This document shows positions 1 through 12,699 of a stretch of 64,000 nt of DNA, in pieces (within the stretch, counting starts at the first letter, position 1; every line of letters begins with the position of its first letter). The notes below the pieces were generated by a model that worked only from the letters and a program-made list of their open reading frames with translations, ran no database searches and was not told the DNA's origin. The translations under genes were made by a program, and so were the position numbers. This stretch comes from Podarcis vaucheri (taxonomy: Eukaryota): the NCBI GenBank assembly GCA_965113315.1, contig OZ220372.1. One strand, 5' to 3'.

Positions 1-176
1 AAAAGTGCTTTTAAGCAAGCAACACGTATGTGAAAACTGATACTATGCCACTTCAAAACTCTATGTTTGAATCAACCCAGAATCACTTCACTCATAACAC
101 CTGACACTTACTTTGAGTGAGAGCGGGCACTTCCCCCAGGACATACAATAAGACCCATTTTAATGGGTTATCTCAC

Positions 177-292
177 CTGGTGATGCAATATTCTTCATCT
201 CCAGGGATGCCCAGATAACGGGGCCTCTCTCCAGTGGCAATCAGAAATCTTTCTGCTGTGTAAAACTTCTGTACTCCTTTGTTATTTGTTGC
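177..292 (-). CDS. TXNRD1: Thioredoxin reductase 1 exon ([39 protein letters not shown])
   Basis: 116-nt exon, cag acceptor, AG|GTGAG donor, IATGERPRY motif of TrxR. Confidence 0.96.
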
Positions 293-489
293 CTGTAAAT
301 AAAAATGCCAGAAATTTTTAGCTGTAAAAGCCTGTGGCTGTGAGCTCTCATTCCATGAAGCCAGAGGAGGATGTTGCTGGATGCCAAATGCTCTGGGCTA
401 GCAGCCAGTTCTAGCAGGATTTCTTCATTTGAAGCAGACCACCCAACCTTCCCCAGGAAAAGAAGGATAAAGGCGGCAATTTCCATTAC

Positions 490-635
490 CTTAATTTTGT
501 GTGGCCCGACAAACTCTCCATAAGCGTTTTCATAGGTGACTTTATTCTCCCGGAGAGACACCCTATAGCCCCAGTTCAGAGAGCCAATATAATTCTGAAC
601 TGCTTCGGTCATAGTATCCCAGCTGTGATTTATGG
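490..635 (-). CDS. TXNRD1: Thioredoxin reductase 1 exon ([48 protein letters not shown])
   Basis: 146-nt exon, tcag acceptor, AAG|GTAATG donor; [10 protein letters not shown] is TrxR-typical. Confidence 0.96.
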
Positions 636-1306
636 CTGAGGATTTAAAAACAAAAGTTAGATGGCAGTTCAGTCCTCAGCTCCCCAAGGCTTTCATTTTC
701 CATTAGCATGCTATGCAATAACAGACACACCTGATGCACGGCTGTGTCTCTCCTATTTATAATTAATTCAATTCCCCAAGGTTTGTGGAGTTTTGCCAAC
801 ACTGCACAGATTAACAATGTTGGGTGAGTGTGGTCCAGCGTATTTTGCAGGTGCTGCTGCATAATGCTCTGAAATCATCCTTTAGAAAGGAAGGTCTTAT
901 ACACACAGAACTCACATTTGCTTTGCTGCTATTATCACTGCTAATATGAACATCTGATCAGTCTTCTGATACTCCACTTGGTGTCTCCAGCTTTTAGGCA
1001 GATAAAATATGTAATCACAATAAAAACTCCTAGAACAGCCTTCCTCAACCTAGTTTTAACTACAGCACCTTTCAGCCACAGTGAATGTGGCTTATGGCCA
1101 GGGATTGAGGGAATTGTAGTACAGTATTTATAAAAAATAAATCTGTAATGCACCAGGTTGGGAGAAGGCTATCTGGGAATGCCCAAACAGTGTATAAATT
1201 TCAGAGTGTGTGTGTGTGTGTTTGTTTATACAAAGACCTCCATCCCTTTGACTCCTGCTCCCCACCAATGGTCTCTCTACACCCTCCACTCAGGTTAAAC
1301 TTCCTA

Positions 1307-1507
<201 letters not shown>

Positions 1508-2919
1508 TCATACGGCAACTCATTCTGACAGGACCACCCAGTCATTCCGTATGGCATTCAAATGGACCAGCTGTATAACTATTGGTCCGTAGGTCATTAG
1601 CTGTAGTCTGACTGCTTCTTGAAGGCCTTTAAACAGGGAAGTTGGCCCATTCTGTCAGAGCATCCAGTCTTTCCTCTGTAACAGCAACCAGAGTCCTGCC
1701 TTCCCCAGGGCAACTGGAAAAACATTACGGATCTGGACTTTTATTTCTTCAGTGTATGTATCGGGGGTGGCGGGGAGGCAGATATGGAAGCCAGGGACAA
1801 GCAAAGTGGTTTGAAGCCTATGTGACTGGTGCAACAAGGCCACTGAATTTTTCAGGGGGGAAATGGGCCCAATTTTGTCTTCCCTCACCCTTCAGAAGCA
1901 GCAGCCAGGGACACTCTGGCTGAAGGGAAATAAGTGGATGATCCCTGTTGCCCCGAAACTCCAGCAAGATAGGAAAGAGCCATGTCTCATGAGGAGATCA
2001 TCTGCTTTGCTTGGAGAAGGTTGCCAGGTTCAATCGTGAAACCCTGGAGAGCCACTGCCTGTCAGTGTAGACAAGGCTGGCCTAATTGGACCGATGGTCT
2101 AACTCAGTATAAGGCAACTTCCAACATTCATTCCACAAAAAGCCAGGGCTGCACTAGCCAGTGGATGAAGCGTCCTCATGATTTTCAGACAAAGAAAATG
2201 GAAGGCAAAGGACTCTGTAGCTGCTGCAAGAAAATCCAAATGTCACTTCCCCAAGTGAGCATGCTAGCTGCAGGGAAACTGTGATCCTATGCGTTGATTT
2301 TTTATTTTATTTTAGTAAGATGGGTCCTGCAAGGCATTTGCCTTCCCTGGGTAGAATCTCAGCAGTAAAAATGGTACTGCTGCCAAAATTAAACATTTCT
2401 ATTTCAGTCTTTAGCCATCAAAATATCAAATCAGCAAATAGCTACAAAGGGCAACCATATATATTAACCATATATTAATATATATTGAAGGGCGAAAATC
2501 TGACTTGTGCACTGTACGAAGTAGTACTTTATATGTTATGTGCCTTGCTTCTCTAGGCAATCATGTTCAAGGGTTAGGACAGGGGAGAAACAATGCAACA
2601 TGTACTATGGTGTCCAAGATTGGAAGAAAGTGCCAGCTTTGAATGGATGTCTTTAAAATAATACAATAGTAATTATCACTGTTATTAGATTCCTATACCG
2701 TCTTTCCTCCAAGGTGGCGTACACACTTATCCCCTTCCCTTATTTTATGCTCACAACCACCCTGGGAGGTAGATGACTTGCTCAAGGTCACACAGTGAGC
2801 TTCAGGGCTGAGTGGGGATTTGAACCCTGCTCTCCCAGGTCCTAGTCAAACACTCCAAGAACTATGCCACACGAGTTTCCCTAAAGTAGCAAAGGCTGAG
2901 AACCATTTACAGTACTTAC

Positions 2920-2992
2920 CCCATCTTGTTCCCAAAGGAGTAGGGACAACAAAATCCAGAACTAAGACCTTCTTGCCAAGTTTGGCAGCTTC
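2920..2992 (-). CDS. TXNRD1: Thioredoxin reductase 1 exon ([24 protein letters not shown])
   Basis: 73-nt exon, ttccag acceptor, G|GTAAGT donor. Confidence 0.96.
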
Positions 2993-4288
2993 CTGGAAAT
3001 CAAACAAAAAAAACAACCACAGCTGAAAATCTGCACTCTAAGTAATGGTGGCCAAGTTGCAAAAAAACCACAAAAAACTGCTTTGTTATGAATTTGGGGG
3101 ATCAATATCTAGTGTTCACAAAGAGCAATCTTTCTTCCCAAGTGGGTTACAAATTGATGTGGCAATCAAACGTCCTGTTATAACCGGGAAAAAACAAATG
3201 GTCCAACACTTTTTGAATTTGCCTGAAGTCTTTTAGCACATTCTTGGGAGGGGCTTTCCAGGACAACTTCCTTCAATCCTGCCACCTTTCATGACGAAAA
3301 GGCAAGATTGGATTTTTCACGACAATTACTACAGTCATGAGAAAAACACCACTTAGCTGAATGCCACAGGCGCAAAAGGAGGAAGGGAAGGGTGAATGTA
3401 ACAACACAAACTTTAATTAAATGCTGAAAGATAATTTGGCTGCTCAAATTCCCACAACTCGGTCAAATGATGGGTTGGATCCCATTATGTGGATGGCCCT
3501 CAAGACTTCTGGATCACAGGGCATTTTAAATGACGATACTTCTTAAAATTAGCTTTATTGCCATGCAACAAGTGATGTGTTTGTCAAGCGTTGCTGGCAT
3601 GTGAATCCGGCCTTCGCCCCCAGCCATGGCCTGCATCCTAAGCATTCCAAAGCAGATCATTATGGGTGAATACACTAAACGCAAGGATGAGTCCCCAGAC
3701 CCTGGCTGCGCCGCAGAACTGAGTATGGGCCAAATCACATGTTACATTATTCACACTTTTCTTAAAGCATGCTTTAGCTGGCTCCTGGGCTCTGATCTAG
3801 AATGTGTTCCTGGATTGGGAAACAGTTGCTCAATGAACCCTCAACACCACCCCTCCCCGGAGTACAATTTGTGCCTAAAAGGGAAAATAGTTGTGTGGGG
3901 CAGGATTCTGGGACAGAAAACTGGCCCTAGGCACCAATGCAGACTGAAGAACACCTTCATTGCCAGGTTCCCACAGCTTTAGTTTGAAGAAAAAGCAAAG
4001 TGGCTAAATTAAACATGCTTTTTTAAAAAGTATCAACAGTACAAGGTGTATTTTGGCTTTGAACTTCCAATTCTGGCTGGGTGTATCGAAGTGGCAAATC
4101 TAACACCCACCAGCATTCATGGGCAGCTACCAGGACACCATCTCCTTGGCAGGGTCCACTACCACTGTCTCCCCTGGGCAGCCAAGTCACTTACCACAGG
4201 GGATGTCAACTGTCGGCCATTTTATTCTTCTGCTTTGGCCCCAACATAGCCCTGCTCAGAGGAATTGTGGGAAACTAAAATGGCGGGT

Positions 4289-4652
4289 AGGGACGCGGGT
4301 GGCGCTGTGGGCTAAAGCCTCAACGCCTAGGGCTTGCCGATCGAAAGGTCGGCGGTTCGAATCCCCGCGGCGGGGTGCGCTCCCGCTGCTCAGTCCCAGC
4401 GCCTGCCCACCTAGCAGTTCGAAAGCACCCCCGGGGGCAAGTAGATAAATAGGTACCGCTTACCAGCGGGAAGGTAAACGGCGTTCCGTGTGCGGCTCTG
4501 GCTCGCCAGAGCAGCGATGTCACGCTGGCCACGTGACCCGGAAGTGTCCCCGGACAGCGCTGGCCCCCGGCCAATAGATGTGAGATGGGCGCACAAACCC
4601 CACAGTCTGTCAAGACTGGCCCGTTCGGGCAGGGGTACCTTTACCTTTACCT
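4289..4652 (+). mobile_element. Sauria SINE, full length
   Basis: GGGACGCGGGTGGCGCTG head with B box GGTTCGAATCC, (ACCTTT)n tail, 13-bp TSD TAAAATGGCGGGT at 4276-4288 and 4653-4665. Confidence 0.95.
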
Positions 4653-5005
4653 TAAAATGGCGGGTGGCTCTCATCAAGTTGGTACAGACAGCAGCACTGC
4701 TGCTGCCACTGACCACCACCAGATAAGCCCAGCAGGAGGCACCCAGATGCAGGAGCAGACCCACCAGATGGCCTTTGCACCTGGAGCCAGCACAACTCAT
4801 CTTCCAGTAATGGCTGCTGCAGCCAAATGCCAGGGGGTGGGATCCCCTGCTGAAAAGAGGTTGGGGTGTGTCAGGGGTTCCAAATGTCAAAAGGGTGGCC
4901 ATTTGAGTCACCGCAGCACTAACAAATTTATTGTAGCATAAATTCTTCCGAGACAGAGCACTGCTTTGTCAGATGCCTGAAGGGTTATGCTCAGTTGTGC
5001 ACAGT

Positions 5006-5254
5006 AGAAGAGTTTGAATTTGATATCCCACTTTATCACTACCCTAAGGAGTCTCAAAGCAGTTATCATTCTCCTTTCTCTTTCTCTTCCTCTCCCACAA
5101 CAAACACTCTGTGAGGTGAGTGGGGCTGAGAGACTTCAGAGAAGTGTGACTGGCCCAAGGTCACCCAGCAGCTGCATGTGGAGGAGCGGAGACGCAATCC
5201 CGGTTCACCAGATTACAAGACTACCACTCTTAACCACTACACCACACTGGCTCA
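5006..5254 (-). mobile_element. tRNA-derived CORE/MIR-like squamate SINE (Squam3 type)
   Basis: GAGCCAGTGTGGTGTAGTGGTTAAGAG head on minus, GTGACCTTGGGCCAGTCAC core; same family as 25350-25640. Confidence 0.8.
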
Positions 5255-6859
5255 GTAGGACGTGGCGGCAAGCATGGGGGAATGCAACTACAAAGTGAAG
5301 TCAGGAGGTTCCCTACAGATGGGTGTTGCCGTTTCACTGTACAGAACGCAAATGCAAGATCCAAGTAATAGAAGATCTGATCAGAAAGGGTGTGTGACAC
5401 CCACTCTCTACTGATAACCAATTGATAAAACATAAACATCAAAAGGGAGACAATTGCTTTCTGTAAGTGAGCTGGCCCAGGCCTGCAAAAGCCAAACTGA
5501 TCCCAACCAACTCTGACTGATACTGTCAAAGCTGCAAATGAATTCTAACTCAACTTCATTAGGAAGCTTCCTTGGAAACTTTTTTCCAAGTTTGGAAGCC
5601 TTCAAATGTGGTACAGAGTGTCCAGGGACACTGAAATGCTCTCCCACTTATTTCCTGTTGCCAGTTTTAATCCGTCATCTGTGATTCTGGGGAAAGACTC
5701 ATGTCTGAAATCCTGGAGAGTCACTGCCAGAAGTAGAAAATGTAAAGCTAGGTGGTCAATATCAGGCAGATTCTCACATTCCTATAATTCTCTCTCTAGT
5801 GCTACAGCTTTATCATTCAACTCACAGTAGGAACTAGAAAAAGCATACTAACTACTTTGCTGACATGGGTATGAAACATTTGCTCGCTTTCTCCCTAAAT
5901 AGGCGGCCTTTTATTGTCCGCTGTTGTCTTCTCCTTTTCCCAAATTCATTAGGCTTGATTCAAGAACTCTAGTGCTCAAGCTGGTGATTAAGCATGGTAT
6001 ATTTTAGATGGCAGGCACTATTCATCAGTACATTACATACTTGTGCTCTCAACTGCAGAACCATTTGTCTGCAAAAGGAGCAAAGCCCAACAATTGAAAT
6101 AAGGCACTCACACTTCAGTGTAATTAATCACCAGCCTGTTTTTTAAGCCACTGACCACACCAGGAGCACCAAGATGCATAAACACCGTCTAATTATTCCT
6201 GGAGATGATCATCAAAGGAAGCAGAGAAGAGAAAAGAGGAAGGAGATAGAGGCCCCAAATGTACTACACATTTAAAGCCGTATCATACCACTTTAAACAG
6301 TCATGGCTTCCTCCAAAGACTTCTGGAAATTGTAGTTTGTTATGGGTGCCAAGAGTTGTTAGGAGAGCCTTACTCCCCTCACAGAGGTACAATTCCCAGA
6401 ATTCCTTGAGAAGAGGGACTGACTGTACACCATTCTGGGATACAGTCTCTGCCCAATTATCAAGAGCAACAGGATAGACTGGACTCCAGATGGAAAACCT
6501 GGTCTTTAGTCAAGAGTAGAAATGTTTCCAGAAAAAGGGGGTTCCAGGTCCATTCTAGAAGGTGGATCTAAAACAGAACAGTGATGTTCCCAGGCTAGAA
6601 TTTGCCTTGCAAATCCAAGAAGCCTCTGGAGGAGGAAGGAGCTGGATTTGTCATAAATCCTTTTGCAACGCTAATGTTAGAGTCTGCACAGAGAAGCGTA
6701 TCTGCACAAGGCCGTTTTGTATATGGACAGAATGGATTGCAAAATCTTTTTCAGACACCGGATTCTCACTCCTACAGCTCAGAGTGGATCCATTCTTGGA
6801 CTAGGACCAAGCTCTGGTTGGCTAGATTGCTTTCATGACCACACTTCTACTTATCATAC

Positions 6860-6979
6860 CTTGGAAGCTGCAAGTCCACCTGAGCCCCCTCCAATAACTA
6901 TCAGGTCGTAGTCATAAGAAGGTACCAGTGCTTGTCCATTCACATCCAGAAGCTTTTTCAGGGTTCTTTCATGGTGTGC
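6860..6979 (-). CDS. TXNRD1: Thioredoxin reductase 1 exon (AHHERTLKKLLDVNGQALVPSYDYDLIVIGGGSGGLAASK), FAD-binding motif
   Basis: 120-nt phase 0-0 exon, tttag acceptor, AAG|GTATG donor, YDYDLIVIGGGSGG; GTG at 6943-6941 where the canonical initiator Met is expected. Confidence 0.96.
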
Positions 6980-9429
6980 CTAAACAAGAGAAAAATAAAT
7001 GTGTCCATTAAAATGAGCCCAGGATAGCTTGGTACTATGAATCAAATGACAGAAAAAAATTATTATGGCAAGGGGGAGAAATCATATGTGGAGAATAAGG
7101 TGCACTGGTAGTGTTTAGCAAAACAATGGAAGCTGCCTTATACCAAAACAGACCACTGAACCATCTAGCTCAGTGTTATCTACACCAGGTGTGGACCACT
7201 TTGTTTTTTACTAGCATCTTGAGGTCCACCAAGCAGAGCCAATTGCCTACTGCACCATACTGAACCATTCACAGGGGATGACCAGAATCTGAGTTATCGC
7301 AGACCTGGAATGCTAATATGGTAAGAGAAAAAACCTCAGTAGTGATTGTTAGCTATATGAACCCAATCTCTTTCCTTAAGCCACTGCGGCTGTTTGTCCT
7401 TGCTGATAACACTGCTGTGGTGATTACAAGGCCTACAAAAGTAACAACGAATCGTCCAAGCTACAAATGTTAAAACCATGACTATATCCAGGAGTGGCGC
7501 TTTAAACATCACTGACTACCTTGCCCCCCAACTCCTCCCCCATCATGTACTAGCAACTGCAAAGATTGTAAGAAAAGAGGCACTCATTGTTTAAATTATC
7601 AAATTTGGAATCAAAATTCTCCTGCAGGAAATCTGTTGACTGTATTGTGGATGACTGGTTACACCTGCCATCCCCTTTTGTAAAATTTAATAGCTTGTTC
7701 CTACTCTCCGCTTTCCACAATTTGCTATGTGTGTTACTTGGGGCTGGTGTTGCTGAGCAATGGATGATTTGGCCGTAGGGCAGCTGGCTGGTTTGATTAT
7801 CTTCTATCCTGCTCTAATCCTAGAAATCTATGAAATGAAAAGTGAGAGTCCATAGTCAAGTGAATGGAAACATCCTGGAAAAGGGGTGTCCACCTTTTGC
7901 CTGGAATCCTGCTAGAAATTGAAAATATCTTGGAGAAATCCCAGTTTACTACAAGGTAAAGATATTTAGATATTAAGATCTGATCGGAATCTTTGCTTTA
8001 CTAAAGTTAGGCGCATCCACAATTGTGAAGAGAAGTGAAGTAACAACTTTACATCAATCTTCCCCCCATGGTGGGGCAGAAGTAGAGGAAAGGATTGAAT
8101 CTGCCCCATCTCCCCACTCCCTTTTACAAACTCCCTCAACTACTTTTGCTTAAGTAAATAAAGTCACAGGGAAAGACTGCAACTCACAACTAGTTAGGAC
8201 TTAATTTCATTTTAGAACTTCCTCCTGCAAAACTATAAAGAGAACCTGTAAAATGTTAAAATCACCCTGTTTAAATAGCAGTTTTGCTGCCCCACTGTCT
8301 CTATAGCCAATGCTACGCTTCTCATAAATATCCATGCCGCCAAATAATTAACAAACCTGAATTGCCTGTTCACTGGCATGGGGATCATATTTGCATGAAA
8401 CTCTCTTTCACTCACAGGTTGATAGCTGTAGACACAAGGCACAGAGACAAATGTACCTACTGCAACCCTGAACCCATCTCTTTGGCATGCACATAAAAAA
8501 GCCCGATCAGCTTTCCTGGAAAGGATGGGCAGGGTTTGGCAAGGAGCCAAGCTGCTTGTTGCAGAAGCAGCCATCATTATGTGAGATGCAGCCCCACTGG
8601 TCAACTGAAAAGGGACAGCTCTGTTCAGCTGCAAATAACGATTTGCATAAGTACACCCTAGAAGAACCAATCAAAAGCCTACCCTTTTGTATGCATGCAT
8701 TTCCTCTACACCAGTTTCAGAGTATGCTCCAGAAATACAGATAAAAATCAAATCATACCGTGCCACAGCCCAGAAGAATTGGACCGGTAAACTGATTAGC
8801 AGCCATTATCCTCCGGTAATGATTATCTAAATTTCACAAATGCATTTTGACAGCTGGGGTTGGCAAAACACATTCCCTATCCCTCCACTCCATTTAAAGT
8901 CATTGTATCAAAAATTCACAAGGCCTAAACTTCACCAGGAGCAAAAACTGGCACAGTGCTCTCCCGCCTCTGGATAAAACGTTTCCGCTACCATTGACCT
9001 TGGTGGTACAAGAGGATCTCAAGAGCAGATATAAGTCAAATTAGAGCAGTTCCAGAGGGCCTTGACTTTTGGAAATGAGAGCATTCCGATTTATTTATTC
9101 TACTCTTCTTAACAAGGTATTTATTTATTAATTAGAAATATACATATATATACTGTTTTCCATTTATTATGTATGCATCTAAAAGCGCTTCATAAAATGC
9201 ATAAAAGCATGAAATTAGCAGCTGTTAAAAATGTCCAGAGATCCCCTCCAGATGTCCTTTAAATTGGGCAGCCATGAGATTTGTGCTCTCAATACTGTTC
9301 CCACCTGCAAAAGGTTTTATTTTAGGAGGCAGGGGGAGAGATAGGGTTGTATCCAATGGCAGTACAACTCAGAGTAGACCCTTTGAAGTAATTAGACATG
9401 ATTAACTTAGGCTTATTAATGGGCCTACT

Positions 9430-9780
9430 GGTCAGTAATCACACAGCTCACAGATGGAGTTAACTCTTCATTAGCAAGAAGACAATTTCCACAGGCCTAA
9501 TGAGCAGAGCAGCTCATTCTCAGTGTTCTTCCTCCATGAAAATCCCACTCTCCTGCTTCAGCTTCTACCTCTTATTCTGGACTTCTCTCTACCACAGACT
9601 CTCCCAGCTCACTAAGCCCTGCTACCTCTTCAGCTTCTGACACCCCCTCTTCCCCATCTTCTCCCTGTGACCACTCAATTGAGGTCCCACCACCAGTCCC
9701 TGGGCTCCAAGCCTTCTTCCCTTGGCGATTCCCCAGCTGGTTCCTTCCATCATTCCTCTGCAGCCAACCAGTCCCTGACA
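9430..9780 (-). mobile_element. Probable solo LTR fragment
   Basis: Begins TGTCAGGGACTGG on minus with a purine-rich interior; family not identified. Confidence 0.4.
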
Positions 9781-9879
9781 CAAAACTTCAGTTCCCGAAG
9801 CCTCCTACTGAAATACTGCGACTTTTTATGCCACAAATGTCCCAGTTTTGTCCCACTTTCGCCCTCCCAGATGGCAATG

Positions 9880-10190
9880 CATAAGAACATAAGAAGGGCC
9901 AGCAGGATCAGGCCAGTGGCCCATCTTAGTCCAGCATCCTGTTCTCACTGTGGCCAGCCAGATGCTTGTGGGAAGCCTGAAAGCACTCTGCCCACCTGCA
10001 ATGCCCAGCACCTGGTATTCAGAAACATACTGCCTCAGACCATGAAGGCAAAGTATATCCATTGTGGATTGTAGTCACTGATAGCCTTATGCTCCATGAA
10101 TTTGTCTAACCCTCTTCAGAAGCCATCCAAGTTGGCAGCTATCACTGCCTCTGGTGGAAATGAATTCCATAGTTCAACTGTGTGCTTTGC
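9880..10190 (-). mobile_element. Old CR1 LINE 3' fragment
   Basis: ATAAGAACATAAGAA tail, GGCCCATCTTAGTCCAGCATCCTG motif; similar copies near 35783 and 46010. Confidence 0.7.
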
Positions 10191-12421
10191 CAATGCACTG
10201 AGGAAGCATCTTTTTTTAAAAAAAAGAGAATTTCGTACAGACAGCCCAGTGTAAGTCCACCACTAATGCACTATTACTGTGTCCGTGACATGTCACAGAT
10301 TATACCTGCAAAACAAAAACACCAGTCTGGAGTAGCACACATCATTTCAGCAACTACAGCAACCAGAATGGGAAGGAAACCCTCCACAATTCCATATAAA
10401 TTACGTTTGTGTTCCCTTGGTATTTTCTGGCCGTTGATATTAACCGTCAGAAAACACCAAGGAAACAGAAAGGTTCTTCATATACTTAGAAGCAACAATA
10501 CAAATATAATAAGACAAATGGAAATATGAGAAGCACTGAAAGGAAACAGCAGAATGAGCTACACAAGAGGGAGAAAAGGGTATGAATAGTTAAAAAGACA
10601 GGGAGACGAAGAATTTGCCTGGCGTCTAATTGCCTGGCACTGGCATCTAAAAGCCAACTGATTAAGTCACAAGCCTTCTTCTTTTGGGGAAGGAATCCCA
10701 ATAACTGGGACACCATAGATGAAACAAGCTCTATTTCTGATCACCTCCTAGCTTATCAAAAGACCAGAATAAACTGGAAAGTCTTCGCATAGGATTTCCA
10801 GTGAAGCATGCGGGAAGGTCCCAAAGGAAACCCTTACCCCAGATCACTTCCTGTACTCCTAAGTGAACACTACACTACAGCACTGCAAACACCAGGAACA
10901 GGAAATGGGACAAGATCACAATGCTTGCCCTCGTGCTTTGATCATCATACTTTTCAAGTCAGAAGGGAAGTATGTGGGAGGATATGGCAGGGCCTTTTCT
11001 GTTGAAGCTCCTACTCTGAGGTGCACCATTTGCTCCAGACCAAACTTGATTTGTGTTTTTGTTCGTTTGTTTCGGGACACAACACAAAACCTCTATTTTC
11101 AAAATACAAATGAGAAAACTGCTGTGAAAAGGACTGCTTTTTATATGGCTGCCTTGCATAATTTTCAAGTGACTTTAAAACGTGTATTGCAAAATAAATT
11201 GTGTGTGCTCTCCTGTTACTTGTAAGGCACCTGAAGCAATTGTTGCTTGGAAATTCTGAACACTGATACCATTAATAAACTGACATTGTTGACTCTTTGG
11301 GTGAGTGGTGGGCACAAATGGAATATGACGCTTCTTTCTGAATGCTTTTAGCCTATGACTTTTGAACTCACAGCTTTCAGCGCAGAAGCAAGTCACAGGG
11401 GTGAGCAGCCTGAGGCCCTCAATGTAATTTAGGACTCAAATTCCCATCAGTTATAGGCCAGCAACATATGTAGAAATCTAGGTTCAGATTTCTAATCAGC
11501 TATGAAGCTCAATGAGTATCACCATCTCTCAGCCTGATGCATCCCACAAGGTTATTGTGAAACCAAAATGGTGCTTCAATTTCTTTGGGGAAAGCGTGGG
11601 TTCAAAGCGTAGGAAATATGGTAATTATCATTCAGCGATCTGTAATTTGATGGAATGCAAATACTTCCAATCACAGGAAGAAGTCTAGCACAGTTGCCTG
11701 AGTGGCCTCAGAATTCCCCTTCAGATCTTTGTGCTGAATATAGGCATGTTTGAAGCAAAACTGGCCTTAACAGAAACTTAAAAACAAACAAACACCCGGT
11801 TATTTGTCATTTGCAGATATTATACAGAACAGGAACAGATTAACTTCCCTCCCACCCACCCCTAGAGGAACATATTAATACATGAGATGTAACACAATTG
11901 TAGTCATAATCACCCTAAAAAAAGAAACAAAGATGTTTGTCCACAGTCTGCAATGTGTTGCTGGTGGCCGATAGCCATGTTCCTTTGTAATAAAGTCAAA
12001 CCATTATTTTCTAGAAACTGTCTCTTGTTAACAGGAACTCCGAGGGCCCGTCTTACCTGCACAGCCTTCTCCACTCTAAGCCCTCAAGCGTTCACCCTGA
12101 ACAGGCCTAAAGACTTGGATGAAAATGCTCCTACCCTTGACCTCAAGGCAAGTCAGGAATGAACTTACTGCCAACTGTGCTCTCTACTGCACAGATCTAT
12201 CTACTCCCTGGCCAGATGTCTGTACTTCGGCCATTTCCTGCAATTTATATCCCACCTTTCCTCCAGGGAGTTTAAAGTGGTATGCATGGTTCCTCCCTCC
12301 CCGTTTTATCCTCAAAACAACCGTGGGAAATAATGCCTGGCTCCAGCAGATCACCCAGTGAGCTTCATGGCTGCCCAGGTCCTCATCCAATCCCTACTCT
12401 GTTACACCACACAGACTAGAC

Positions 12422-12558
12422 CTGGCATAGGCAAACTCGGCCCTCCAGATGTTTTGGGACTACAAATCCGATCATCCCTAGCTAAGAAGACCAGTGGTCA
12501 GGGATGATGGGAGTTGTAGTCCCAAAAACATCTGGAGGGCCGAGTTTGCCTATGCCTG
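12422..12558. mobile_element. Palindromic hAT-type MITE
   Basis: Long inverted repeats GGCATAGGCAAACTCGGCCCTCCAGATGTTTT...AAAACATCTGGAGGGCCGAGTTTGCCTATGCC. Confidence 0.85.
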
Positions 12559-12699
12559 GACTTAGAGGGATATTAAATTTAAACTACAGCACGGGGGGGG
12601 GGGCATTCCAATGCACTATTATTCTATCATGACGCCTCCCTTTCAAAGCCACGCTGCTTTTTTAAAAATAAGTGTTATCGGAAGATTTCACTCTTCCCC

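Noticed and set aside
1-176. SECIS element or Sec codon of TXNRD1
   Set aside because: The 3' end of the gene lies outside the window
4119-4941. Overlapping 78-166 aa ORFs, repeated at 14857, 26810, 42471 and 61105
   Set aside because: They are translations of Sauria SINE copies, not genes
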